Origin: an uncultured Solirubrobacterales bacterium
GTDB lineage: Bacteria > Actinomycetota > Thermoleophilia > Solirubrobacterales > 70-9
DNA length: 64,000 bases
NCBI GenBank assembly: GCA_963753245.1
Contig: CAVWBK010000005.1
Location: 100,231-164,230 of the forward strand
Direction: 5' to 3'
In this document: positions 28,497 to 36,936 of the stretch, piece by piece
Layout of the letters: each line of letters starts with the position of its first letter
Numbering within the stretch: position 1 is the first letter of the stretch
Program-made: the position numbers and the translations under genes
The notes under the pieces: model-generated
Database searches by the model: none
What the model saw: the letters and a program-made list of their open reading frames with translations, nothing else
Told to the model about the DNA's origin: nothing

Positions 28497-28543
28497 GCTA
28501 CACTTCCTGAAGCGAGGTATTTCATCCCTCGCCAAATGATCAA

Positions 28544-28888
28544 ATGAGCGCCCTGAGCAATTCACGCTGTCCCGTCTGCCGCACCGCCGACATCGTCTGC
28601 GGCAAATGGACCCTCCTCGTGATCCGCGACCTCGCCGAGGGCTCGAGTCGCTTCTGTGAGCTTGAACGCTCGCTTGAGGGGATCAGTCCGCGCACCCTCT
28701 CGCTGCGCCTGCGGGCCCTCGAAGAGGAGGGTGTGGTCGCCCGCCACACCTTCCCCGAGGTGCCGCCCCGGGTCGAGTACGCGCTGACCGAGAAGGGCGA
28801 GGCGCTGATGCCGCTGATCGAGGACATGCGCAGCTACGGTCGGCGCTGGCTCGTCGATCAGCCCGAGCGCGAGCCCGCCGCCGTCTAG
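28544..28888 (+). CDS. HxlR-family winged-helix transcriptional regulator
   Basis: 114 aa. CPVCRTADIVCGKWTLLVIRDL..RFCELERSL.GISPRTLSLRLRALEEEGVV..PPRVEYALTEKG. Confidence 0.85.
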   Translation: MSALSNSRCPVCRTADIVCGKWTLLVIRDLAEGSSRFCELERSLEGISPRTLSLRLRALEEEGVVARHTFPEVPPRVEYALTEKGEALMPLIEDMRSYGRRWLVDQPEREPAAV

Positions 28889-28963
28889 GGCGAACGTCCA
28901 GGCACGATCTGCAAGGCGCCGTGCAGGCGCAGGAGCCCCAGGCGCGGGGCGGAAGCCGTCGCC

Positions 28964-30664
28964 GTGCGAGACTTTCTGCTCAATGAGGCGCTGAAGCGAG
29001 TCGCCGGCGAGGCCGCAGTTCGGTTCAGCGCGATGGTTGCCGGCGGCGAGCAGATCCCCTTTGATGTGGTCGAGCAGGCTGGCCCCGACTCCCTCTTTCA
29101 CAGCTACCAGCCACTCACCTCGCGCTTCGTGGCTGAGCGCGAGAACGAGATTCGCGCTCTGCCCTCCTACCTCGCGGCGCGCAACGCGGTCGAGGCGGCT
29201 GGCGTCGCGGCGGCCTTCCTCGAGGCCTGTGGTGAGCCGGTGCCCACCGACCCAGCCGAGCGCGCGGGCAGGCTCCTGACCTTGTTTGTCGCCTCTCTCT
29301 GGGAGGGCTGTACGGAGTTCTCCCTGGACCGCGAGCGGCTCGATCGATCGATCGAGGCCCTCGACGCCGAGGCGCGCGATGCCGATGAAGCCGAGGTTCT
29401 GATCGTCCCGGTGGTCGGACTGAAGATGTCGCGGGCGAGCCTTGATCTTCCTCACGGAGTGCGCCTGATTCGTGCCGACGCGACCGAAGCGCCGATCGAG
29501 GCGATGCGCAGCGAGGGTATGGGGCGTGCCGCCTGGGAGCCCCAGTTCCTGGCCGTCGCCGAACAGGGCGAGGATTCCGAAAGCGCCGAACAGGCGCTCA
29601 ACCAGCTGCGCGAGCTGATCAGCGTGATGAGGCTGTTTAAGGCGGGCGGCATTGGCCTCGGCCCCTACGCCTTCGCGCCCACCGCTGAGGGCCACTGGAG
29701 CAGGATCCCGACCGGGGCGCCCGCCACTCGCTCGGGCGGCTACCGGCTGAGCGAGAAGGAGGCGCAGAGCCTGGCCGAGCTGGCGATCGAGCTTGCGGCG
29801 CGCCCGGACCCCGACGCCGCTCTTTCCTGGGCGGTGGCTCGCTTTGAGCTGGGCTGCGCGCGGGAGACCGCGACCGAGGGTCTCAGCGACCATCTGCTGG
29901 CACTGCGTGCCGTGCTCGAGGGCCATGGTCCGGTCGGCGCTTCGCTGCCGATGCGCGCCTCTGCCCTGATCTGCGATCAGAGCTGTGATCGAATCGAGGC
30001 GCGAGGCAGGGTTGAGGCCGCACTTGAGCTTGAGCGCTCACTGATGAACGGCGCTCAGGCGAAGGGCTCAACCGAGCTGGCCGGCTGGGTTGAGGATGGC
30101 GTCCGTCGTCTGCTGCGCGACGCAGCCCTGGGTGAGCTCGGTGCCGATCTCGGCACCAGGGCCGACGAGACTTTGATCGCCAGCGGTCTGGCGGCAGGCG
30201 ACGCCGAGATCGCGATCGCGGCGCTGGCCAGCTCCAGCGAGGCAGTGACCGCAGTTGCAGCCGAGGCGGGCGAGGGCGAGCCCGAGGCGGGCGAAGAGTT
30301 CCGCGTTTCCGTCCTCAATCGCCCGAGCGCCCCAATCGCTCACCAACCGGGACAGCCTGCGGTCGAGGGCGAGGGTTACGCCGAGGACGCCGATCTGCCA
30401 CACGAGGAGGAAGAGATGGATCAGCAAACCCGCATCATGGAGCCGATTCCGGCTGAGGACGAGATCCGGATCACGGCGACGAACTGGCTCGATGAGGTCT
30501 CGGTCGAGGGCAGCACGATCGAATGGCCCGCCGGCGATGGCCAGATCGGACACCGCGAGCGGGTCGACACTCCCCGTGTACGCCATCTCTTCCAGGTGCC
30601 CGAGGACGCCGACTGGGAGGTCAGCGAGCTTCGCTATGACCACTACGGTCGCCGCGCCGGCTAG
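28964..30664 (+). CDS. Hypothetical acidic protein, 566 aa
   Basis: GTG start. Codon third positions are GC-rich throughout, whereas the 454-aa antisense ORF looks artefactual. No domain recognised. C-terminal third is Glu/Asp-rich. Confidence 0.65.
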   Translation: MRDFLLNEALKRVAGEAAVRFSAMVAGGEQIPFDVVEQAGPDSLFHSYQPLTSRFVAERENEIRALPSYLAARNAVEAAGVAAAFLEACGEPVPTDPAERAGRLLTLFVASLWEGCTEFSLDRERLDRSIEALDAEARDADEAEVLIVPVVGLKMSRASLDLPHGVRLIRADATEAPIEAMRSEGMGRAAWEPQFLAVAEQGEDSESAEQALNQLRELISVMRLFKAGGIGLGPYAFAPTAEGHWSRIPTGAPATRSGGYRLSEKEAQSLAELAIELAARPDPDAALSWAVARFELGCARETATEGLSDHLLALRAVLEGHGPVGASLPMRASALICDQSCDRIEARGRVEAALELERSLMNGAQAKGSTELAGWVEDGVRRLLRDAALGELGADLGTRADETLIASGLAAGDAEIAIAALASSSEAVTAVAAEAGEGEPEAGEEFRVSVLNRPSAPIAHQPGQPAVEGEGYAEDADLPHEEEEMDQQTRIMEPIPAEDEIRITATNWLDEVSVEGSTIEWPAGDGQIGHRERVDTPRVRHLFQVPEDADWEVSELRYDHYGRRAG

Positions 30665-31815
30665 CTTCTCGACCCGGTTGCAAGCGCCGTGCGCTCGGCG
30701 CTGCTTGCGAACAGGTAGCGATTGATCTGCGCCAGCCCGGCGAGATCGTGCACATCTTCATCGAGATAGGGGACGCGGATCACCTCGTGAGCCCCCATCT
30801 CCCTGGCGAGGCGCTCGATGTTGGCGGCGTCGCGCTCGGCCAGTGCCTGGTATTCGCCGAAGTTCTCAAGGGTCCGCCTCGCTAGGTCCTCATCGCCGAG
30901 TGCCTCGGTGAGGGCGGCGGGAAGGGCGCCATCGTCGGCGCGAAGGTGCTCCGCCGGGTAGTGGACCTTGTTGACGATCATGCCGCCAAAGGGCAGCTTT
31001 GCCTCGACCAGCTTGCCGTGGAAGTAGACGGCTTCATCGATCGGCTCGCCCTGGGGTCCGCAGATGACCAGGAAGCAGGTGTGGGGGTCGGCGAGCAATT
31101 TGTTGACGCGCCTGGCCCGCGCCTGAAACCCGTCGACCATGCCACTGAAGGCGTTGAAGAACTCGGCCAGGTCGGCGAGCAGGTCAAAGCCGACGATTCG
31201 CTTCATCACCCCCAGTGCAACCGAGGCGCCGCGCCCGGCGACGCGAGCCGCCAGGCCGGATGGCTTCATAAATACCCGCAGCGAGCGCCCCTCGATGAAC
31301 TGGGTCAGGCGTTTCGGCGCGTCGAGGAAATCGAGCGCGTTGCGGGTCGGCGGCGTGTCGAGCACGAGCAGGTCGTACTCGCCCTCGCTGTGGAGCTCGA
31401 ACAACTTCTCCATCGCCATGTACTCCTGCGAGCCGGCGAGCGCATTGGAGATTTGCTGGTAGATCCGATTTTCCAGGACCCGGTCACGCGCCTGCTCATC
31501 GGGCGCCTGGCGGGCGACGAGCTCATCGAAGGTGACCTTGGCGTCGAGCATCATCGCCCACAGCTCGCCCTTGATCTCGACCCCCTGAGCGGCGAAGAGC
31601 TCGGGCTCGACCCGCTTGGCCTCGTTGCCGAGCTCCTTGAGGCCAAGCGAGTCGGCTAGTCGCTTGGCGGGGTCGATCGTCAGGACGCAGACCTTCAGGC
31701 CGCGGGCCGCCATCCCGGCCGCGATCGCGGCCGAGGTGGTCGTCTTGCCCACCCCGCCAGAGCCCGCACAGATGCAGACGTCCTTGCCCTCAAGGATCTC
31801 GTTCACCGCGGGCAT
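30661..31815 (-). CDS. ArsA/Get3-family ATPase (second of a pair)
   Basis: 384 aa. P-loop CAGSGGVGKTTTSAAIA and the DPAKRLADSLG motif. Confidence 0.85.
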   Translation of the reverse strand: MPAVNEILEGKDVCICAGSGGVGKTTTSAAIAAGMAARGLKVCVLTIDPAKRLADSLGLKELGNEAKRVEPELFAAQGVEIKGELWAMMLDAKVTFDELVARQAPDEQARDRVLENRIYQQISNALAGSQEYMAMEKLFELHSEGEYDLLVLDTPPTRNALDFLDAPKRLTQFIEGRSLRVFMKPSGLAARVAGRGASVALGVMKRIVGFDLLADLAEFFNAFSGMVDGFQARARRVNKLLADPHTCFLVICGPQGEPIDEAVYFHGKLVEAKLPFGGMIVNKVHYPAEHLRADDGALPAALTEALGDEDLARRTLENFGEYQALAERDAANIERLAREMGAHEVIRVPYLDEDVHDLAGLAQINRYLFASSAERTALATGSRS

Positions 31816-32831
31816 CAGGCGAGCTTTTTGGCGAGGCGTCGGGCGGCCTCGACGTCGAGATCGGGCTCAAAGAGGAAGGGCAGCGTTTTGACCGGTGTCT
31901 CGACCCGGCGGCGCAGGCGGGCGAGCTGGGCTCGCTGGGAGCGGGCCCGTCCGTGCTCGGACACCGCGGCGCGCGCTGCGGCTCGCAGGGCGCCGTCGGT
32001 ATCGGTGGCGAGTTGCGCCAGCCTGGCGGCCTCCTGCTTTGAGAAGCGCTCTGGGTAGAGCCCGTTGACGTAGATGCGGTCGACGGCGACGCCGACCTCG
32101 GCGCGAAGATCGTGCTCGAGTGCGGCGGACTCATTGACCGGCATCTCCTCGGGCAGGGCGATGATCGCGGTGCCGGTGTGTTGCTGGTCGGTGATCAGCC
32201 GATCCAGCTGCTGGGCCTGAGAATGAATCGGTCCGACTCGGGCGATCGCAGCAAAGGTGCGCGGCGTCTGCAGGAAGCCGATCCCGTGGCCGGTGGCCGG
32301 TGCATCGACGATGACGAGGTCATATTTGCGGCCCGACTTGATCTTGCGGTCAGGTTGGGCCAGCTCCCAGATCTTGCCGATCGTGACCAGCTCCTTGAGA
32401 CCTGGGGTGGCCGCCGCCAGGTAGTTGAAGATCCGGCTGCGGAAGAGCATGTCGCGCATCGCGCGGACCTTGAGCTGGAGCAGCACGTACTCGCGCATCG
32501 ACTGGTCGGGGTCGATCGAGATCGACCAGAGGTTCTCCGCCATCTCGACCTCATGAAAGCCAACCTCGGTGTGTTCAAAGATCCGCGAGGCGTTCTCCTG
32601 GGCGGCAACCTCGCAGACGATCGTGCGCTTGCCTTCGGCCGCGGCGCGCAGGCCGAGCGCGACCGAGACGGTGGTCTTGCCCACACCACCCTTGCCGGTG
32701 ACGAAGATCAGGCGCTTGTCAAGAAGTTCGGGGATCGGTTGATTCCTAGCAATTTCGAGAGGCGGCAGGAAAAGCGACGGTCCATGCGAATACCGGCGCA
32801 ATGGGATTCCTGAGCCGAAAGACCAAGTCAT
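31815..32831 (-). CDS. ArsA/Get3-family ATPase (first of a pair)
   Basis: 338 aa. P-loop VTGKGGVGKTTVSVALG. Stop overlaps the start of the downstream paralog by 1 nt. The start codon overlaps the parA-like 5' end by 31 nt and is therefore uncertain. Confidence 0.8.
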   Translation of the reverse strand: MTWSFGSGIPLRRYSHGPSLFLPPLEIARNQPIPELLDKRLIFVTGKGGVGKTTVSVALGLRAAAEGKRTIVCEVAAQENASRIFEHTEVGFHEVEMAENLWSISIDPDQSMREYVLLQLKVRAMRDMLFRSRIFNYLAAATPGLKELVTIGKIWELAQPDRKIKSGRKYDLVIVDAPATGHGIGFLQTPRTFAAIARVGPIHSQAQQLDRLITDQQHTGTAIIALPEEMPVNESAALEHDLRAEVGVAVDRIYVNGLYPERFSKQEAARLAQLATDTDGALRAAARAAVSEHGRARSQRAQLARLRRRVETPVKTLPFLFEPDLDVEAARRLAKKLA

Positions 32832-33934
32832 CCGTACCCGTCGAGGAGCAGCAAGAGGAGCGTCCGATCGTCGACGAGCTACGTGAGATGGAGAAGGCGG
32901 TCCCAGAGACTGACAGCTCCCTGCCCTCGGACCCCACCTCCCCAGCTGCCGAGCAGACTCCCTCCGTCCCGACGCCGGCCGAGGAGCGCACCCCCAGGCC
33001 AGCGGCCGAAGAGCGCCCCGAAGGTCCCCAGGAGGCGAGGCCTCACCCGGCCCCCGCCGAGCGCTCCGCCCCGGCCGTGGAGCCCGAGCCCGAGCGGATG
33101 ATGGCGCGCGATCTGATCGCCCCCTCCAGGCACGAACCTGCGGCTGAGGAGAGCTCGCCCGTGGTCCCCGTCAAGCACGCCGACGTGATCGCCTTCGCCA
33201 ACCAGAAGGGTGGGGTTGCGAAGACGACGACGACGCTCAATCTCGCCGTTGCTTTTGCGGAGACCGGGCACCGGGTCCTCTGCATCGATCTCGACCCCCA
33301 GGGAAACCTAACGATGAGTCAGGGAATTGACCCCGACAAGGTCGAGAAGAGCCTCTATGACGTGCTGGTCAACGACATGCCGATGAGCGAGATCATCCAG
33401 CACCGCGAGATCGACATCGCCGTCGCCTCGATTGACCTGGCCGGCGCCGAGATCGCGATGAGCACCAAGATCGGCCGCGAGCGCTCTTTGGAGAAGGCGC
33501 TCAAGGAGGTTGCTGGCGATTACGACTTCATCTGCATCGACACCCCACCAAGCCTCGGACTGCTGACGATCAACGCCTTGACCGCGGCGACCAAGGTAAT
33601 CGTCCCCGTTCAGTGCGAGTATCTCTCGATGCGCGGGCTGGTGCAGCTCCAGAACACGCTGAAGATGATCCAGGAGAACCTCAACCCGGATGTCAGGATC
33701 GAGGGCATACTGCCGACCATGCTCGACGCCCGCACCGTTCACGCCAAGGAGGCGGTGGAGATTCTCGAAGAGAACTTCGGCGACCTGGTCTTCAGATCGC
33801 GGATCAAGAAGGCGATCAAATTCGCCGAGGCGCCGGTCAAGGGTGCCAGCGTGCTCAAGTACGATTCCGAGAGCAGCGCCGCGAACTACTACCGAGAGTT
33901 GGCGAAGGAGGTTTTGGCGAATGAGTCGGAGTAA
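32801..33934 (+). CDS. Orphan ParA/Soj-family ATPase with a ~125-residue Pro/Glu-rich N-terminal extension
   Basis: 377 aa. Deviant Walker A ANQKGGVAKTTTTLNLA, CIDLDPQGN, ICIDTPPSLG. No parB adjacent. The true start could be an internal Met (for example MMARDL). Confidence 0.8.
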   Translation: MGFLSRKTKSSVPVEEQQEERPIVDELREMEKAVPETDSSLPSDPTSPAAEQTPSVPTPAEERTPRPAAEERPEGPQEARPHPAPAERSAPAVEPEPERMMARDLIAPSRHEPAAEESSPVVPVKHADVIAFANQKGGVAKTTTTLNLAVAFAETGHRVLCIDLDPQGNLTMSQGIDPDKVEKSLYDVLVNDMPMSEIIQHREIDIAVASIDLAGAEIAMSTKIGRERSLEKALKEVAGDYDFICIDTPPSLGLLTINALTAATKVIVPVQCEYLSMRGLVQLQNTLKMIQENLNPDVRIEGILPTMLDARTVHAKEAVEILEENFGDLVFRSRIKKAIKFAEAPVKGASVLKYDSESSAANYYRELAKEVLANESE

Positions 33935-35411
33935 GCGGGCGAGCATGCGCGAGGGCCCCCTTTCTGACCTCTTCCGCTCGACCTCCGACGATCCGCCCGC
34001 CGATCCGCCCGAGGCCCCGCGCTACGGGCGCGAGGACCCGGCGGAACGGGTTCGTGAGGAGGACGCGCGCGCGACGGAGGCCGGTGAGAAGGCCACCGAG
34101 CCCGCCGAGCGGCGGACCCCGGGATCCGGCGCCGAGAGCCGACCCGAGGCCACCCCGCCTGCGCTTGACTCCACCCCAGAGCCTGCCGCACCGACCGAGG
34201 CGCCGATTCCGGAGTCCAGCGAGACCCCGCCGGAGCGCTTGAAGCGGGTCTTCTCCGAGGAGCCCCGGCACATGCGCCGCGAGCTCGAGCCGATCGTCGA
34301 AGCGCCGCGCTATGGCCGCGAGGAGCCCGAGTACGCGCCGAAGGGAAGCGGCGAGCCCCACACTCCGGTGATACGCGTGGTTGGCGTCGGTGGTGCGGGT
34401 GTCAACGCGGTCAACCGCATGGTCGAGGCCCGCATCCCCGGGGTCGAGTTCATGGCCGTCAACACCGATCTTCAATCGCTGCAGGTCTGCGTCGCCGATG
34501 TCACCGTCCACATCGGCGATGAGCAGACGCGCGGTCTGGGCGCCGGAGCTGACCCCGAGGTCGGCTACTCATCTGCCTTTGAGGAGCAGGACAAAATCAA
34601 GCGCCTGCTGAAGGGTGCTGACATGGTCTTCGTCGCCGCCGGAGCGGGCGGCGGCACCGGATCGGGCGCCGCGCCCTTGATCGCCCGACTCGCCCGCGAG
34701 GTGGGCGCGCTAACGGTCGGCATCGTGACCAAGCCGTTTAGCTTCGAGGGCAGTCGTCGCGGCAATCAGGCCAACAAGGGGATCGAGGCGCTCGCCGCCG
34801 AGGTCGACACCCTGATCGTCGTCCCCAACGATCGCCTGCTCGAGGTGCTCGACCAGCAGACCTCAATGATCGAGGCCTTCCAGGTCGCCGACGATGTCCT
34901 GCGCCAGGGCGTGCAGGGGATCTCCGATCTGGTCACCCTGCCGGCCTTGATCAACCTCGACTTCGCCGATGTGCGGACGATCATGTCCGAGGCTGGCCGG
35001 GCGCTGCTCGGAATTGGCATGGGCAGCGGGGAGGGCCGCGCCATCCTGGCAGCCGAGAAAGCGATCTCCTCGCCTCTGCTGGAGACCTCGATGGAGGGAG
35101 CCCGCGCGATTCTGCTCTCGATCACCGGCGGCTCGGACCTCTCGCTGGTCGAGGTCAGCGAGGCGGCAAAGGTAGTCGGCGAGGCGGCCCACCCCGATGC
35201 CAACATCATCTTTGGCGCGAACGTCGATGAGGCGCTGACCGACCAGGTCTGGGTGACCGTCGTCGCGACCCGCTTTGACGGCCACGCCGTCGCCCCGCGT
35301 CGCACGGTCGAGCCGACGATCACGCGCACCAAGGGGAGCGGCCGGGGCCGTGCCGCCAAGGGCCGCTCGGGCGAGCTCGGGATCGACGTGCCCGAGTTCC
35401 TGCCCGGCTAG
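33921..35411 (+). CDS. ftsZ: Cell division protein FtsZ with an unusual N-terminal extension
   Basis: Tubulin signature GGGTGSGAAP, T7 loop NLDFADV and C-terminal peptide GIDVPEFLPG. ATG at 33921 overlaps the parA-like stop by 14 nt. About 150 residues precede the VIRVVGVGGAG core. GC3 stays high through the extension. Confidence 0.85.
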   Translation: MSRSKRASMREGPLSDLFRSTSDDPPADPPEAPRYGREDPAERVREEDARATEAGEKATEPAERRTPGSGAESRPEATPPALDSTPEPAAPTEAPIPESSETPPERLKRVFSEEPRHMRRELEPIVEAPRYGREEPEYAPKGSGEPHTPVIRVVGVGGAGVNAVNRMVEARIPGVEFMAVNTDLQSLQVCVADVTVHIGDEQTRGLGAGADPEVGYSSAFEEQDKIKRLLKGADMVFVAAGAGGGTGSGAAPLIARLAREVGALTVGIVTKPFSFEGSRRGNQANKGIEALAAEVDTLIVVPNDRLLEVLDQQTSMIEAFQVADDVLRQGVQGISDLVTLPALINLDFADVRTIMSEAGRALLGIGMGSGEGRAILAAEKAISSPLLETSMEGARAILLSITGGSDLSLVEVSEAAKVVGEAAHPDANIIFGANVDEALTDQVWVTVVATRFDGHAVAPRRTVEPTITRTKGSGRGRAAKGRSGELGIDVPEFLPG

Positions 35412-35424
35412 CCCTAGCCTGCCG

Positions 35425-36936
35425 ATGAACGGCGTCATAGCCGCCGGGCACCCGCAGACCGCCGAGGCCGGTGCCGCCGTACTGGGCGCAGGCGGCAACG
35501 CCGTCGATGCAGCGGTCTGCGCCGTGCTCGCCTCCTTTGCCGCCGAGAGCCCGCTGACCGGATTTGGCGCCGGCGGCTTCATGATGGTCCACGAGCAATC
35601 CGGTGCCGAGGCGGCGCTGATCGACTTCTTTGTCTCCGCGCCGGGGGCCGAGGGAGTCACCCGCCAGGCCGAGCTGGTTCCGGTGCCCGTCCATTTCGAT
35701 GAGGTGACCGAGCAGACCTTCTTCGTCGGACCTGCCTCCTGCGGGGTTCCCGGAACCGCGGCGGGTCTTGAGGCCGCTCTGCGCCGCTTCGGCTCGATGC
35801 CGCTGAGCGAGCTGGTCGGGCCCGCGGTGGGACTGGCCCGCGAGGGCGCGGCGGTCAACGCCGAGCAGGCCTACATCCTCGCCATCCTGAGGCCAATTCA
35901 CGAGCGCTTGGAGGGCACCAGGCAGCTCTACGCGCCCGAGGGTAGACACCTTCGCGAGGGCGAGCGGATCCGCTTCCCCGAGCTGGCCGAGGCGCTCGAG
36001 CGCTTCGGCGCCGAGGGTGCCGAGCCCTTCTACCGCGGTGAGGTCGCCGCCGCTCTGAGCGAGTTTGTACTGGACCAAGGCGGCACCCTGGGGACCGCCG
36101 ACCTGGCCGCCTATGAGGCGATCTGGCGGCGGCCGATTCGAGCCCCCTTTCGGGGTGCTGAGGTACTGACCAACCCGCCGCCGTCCTCGGGTGGGCTGCT
36201 GATCGCATTCTGTCTGGGTCTGTTGGAGCGCCTCGGTGAGCAGAGCGGTCCCGAGCAGCTGGTCGCGGCGATGGGCGCGGCCAACGGGGCCCGCGGCGAG
36301 GTTTTTGCCGAGGCCCTCTACGGCGAGGACCTCGAGGCGAGCATGCTCGATCCGGGCGGCCTTGATCGTGCCGCGGCGGACCTGCTCGGCTCGACCACCC
36401 ACATCTCGGTGCTCGATGGCGGCGGGATGTGTGCCAGCGTGACCTGTTCCAACGGTTCGGGCTCGGGTGTCTTGGTGCCGGGCACCGGGGTGATCCTCAA
36501 CAACATGCTCGGTGAGGAGGACCTGAACCCACTCGGTTTCCACCGGATCAGACCGGGCCGGCGGGTGACCTCGATGATGGCGCCGACCGTCGTCCTTCGC
36601 GACGGTGAGATCGAGATGGGGCTCGGCAGCGCGGGGTCGAATCGAATCCGCTCGGCGATCTTGCAGACAATCGTTCGGGCCCTCGAGCAGGATATGGGCG
36701 CCGAGGATGCGGTCAGGGCGCCGCGCCTTCATTTCGAGGCCGGGGTCGTGCAGGCCGAGCCAGGGATCGATGAGACCGCCCTGGCTCGTCTGGAGGCGAG
36801 CGGGCTGGCGGTGATCCGCCGGCCCGCGATCAACCTATTCTTCGGCGGCGTGCAGGCCGTCGCCCGCGATTTCCAGACCGGTGCGCTGAGCGGTGGAGGG
36901 GATCCGCGACGTGGCGGGGCGGTGGCTCTGGGATGA
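35425..36936 (+). CDS. ggt: Gamma-glutamyltransferase family protein
   Basis: Start trimmed to MNGVIAAGHPQTAEAGAAVLGAGGNAVDAAV. The autoprocessing-type segment STTHISVLD is present. Confidence 0.85.
   Translation: MNGVIAAGHPQTAEAGAAVLGAGGNAVDAAVCAVLASFAAESPLTGFGAGGFMMVHEQSGAEAALIDFFVSAPGAEGVTRQAELVPVPVHFDEVTEQTFFVGPASCGVPGTAAGLEAALRRFGSMPLSELVGPAVGLAREGAAVNAEQAYILAILRPIHERLEGTRQLYAPEGRHLREGERIRFPELAEALERFGAEGAEPFYRGEVAAALSEFVLDQGGTLGTADLAAYEAIWRRPIRAPFRGAEVLTNPPPSSGGLLIAFCLGLLERLGEQSGPEQLVAAMGAANGARGEVFAEALYGEDLEASMLDPGGLDRAAADLLGSTTHISVLDGGGMCASVTCSNGSGSGVLVPGTGVILNNMLGEEDLNPLGFHRIRPGRRVTSMMAPTVVLRDGEIEMGLGSAGSNRIRSAILQTIVRALEQDMGAEDAVRAPRLHFEAGVVQAEPGIDETALARLEASGLAVIRRPAINLFFGGVQAVARDFQTGALSGGGDPRRGGAVALG

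Noticed and set aside
28562-29926. 454-aa minus-strand ORF overlapping hxlR and the 566-aa hypothetical gene.
   Set aside because: The plus frame has strong GC3 bias and ordinary amino-acid composition. The minus frame is Arg/Gly/Ala-rich. It also overlaps a well-supported HxlR gene.
33690-33920. Upstream 77 codons of the 573-aa ORF that contains ftsZ.
   Set aside because: This part overlaps the 3' end of the parA-like gene in another frame and is Arg/Ser-rich. The ATG at 33921 gives a plausible coupled start.
35320-36732. 470-aa minus-strand ORF opposite ggt. Similar long antisense ORFs occur at 56645-57970, 60804-61661, 61689-62555 and 63082-63984.
   Set aside because: Each lies opposite a gene with unmistakable family signatures (GGT, thiolase, EtfB, EtfA, ETF-QO).
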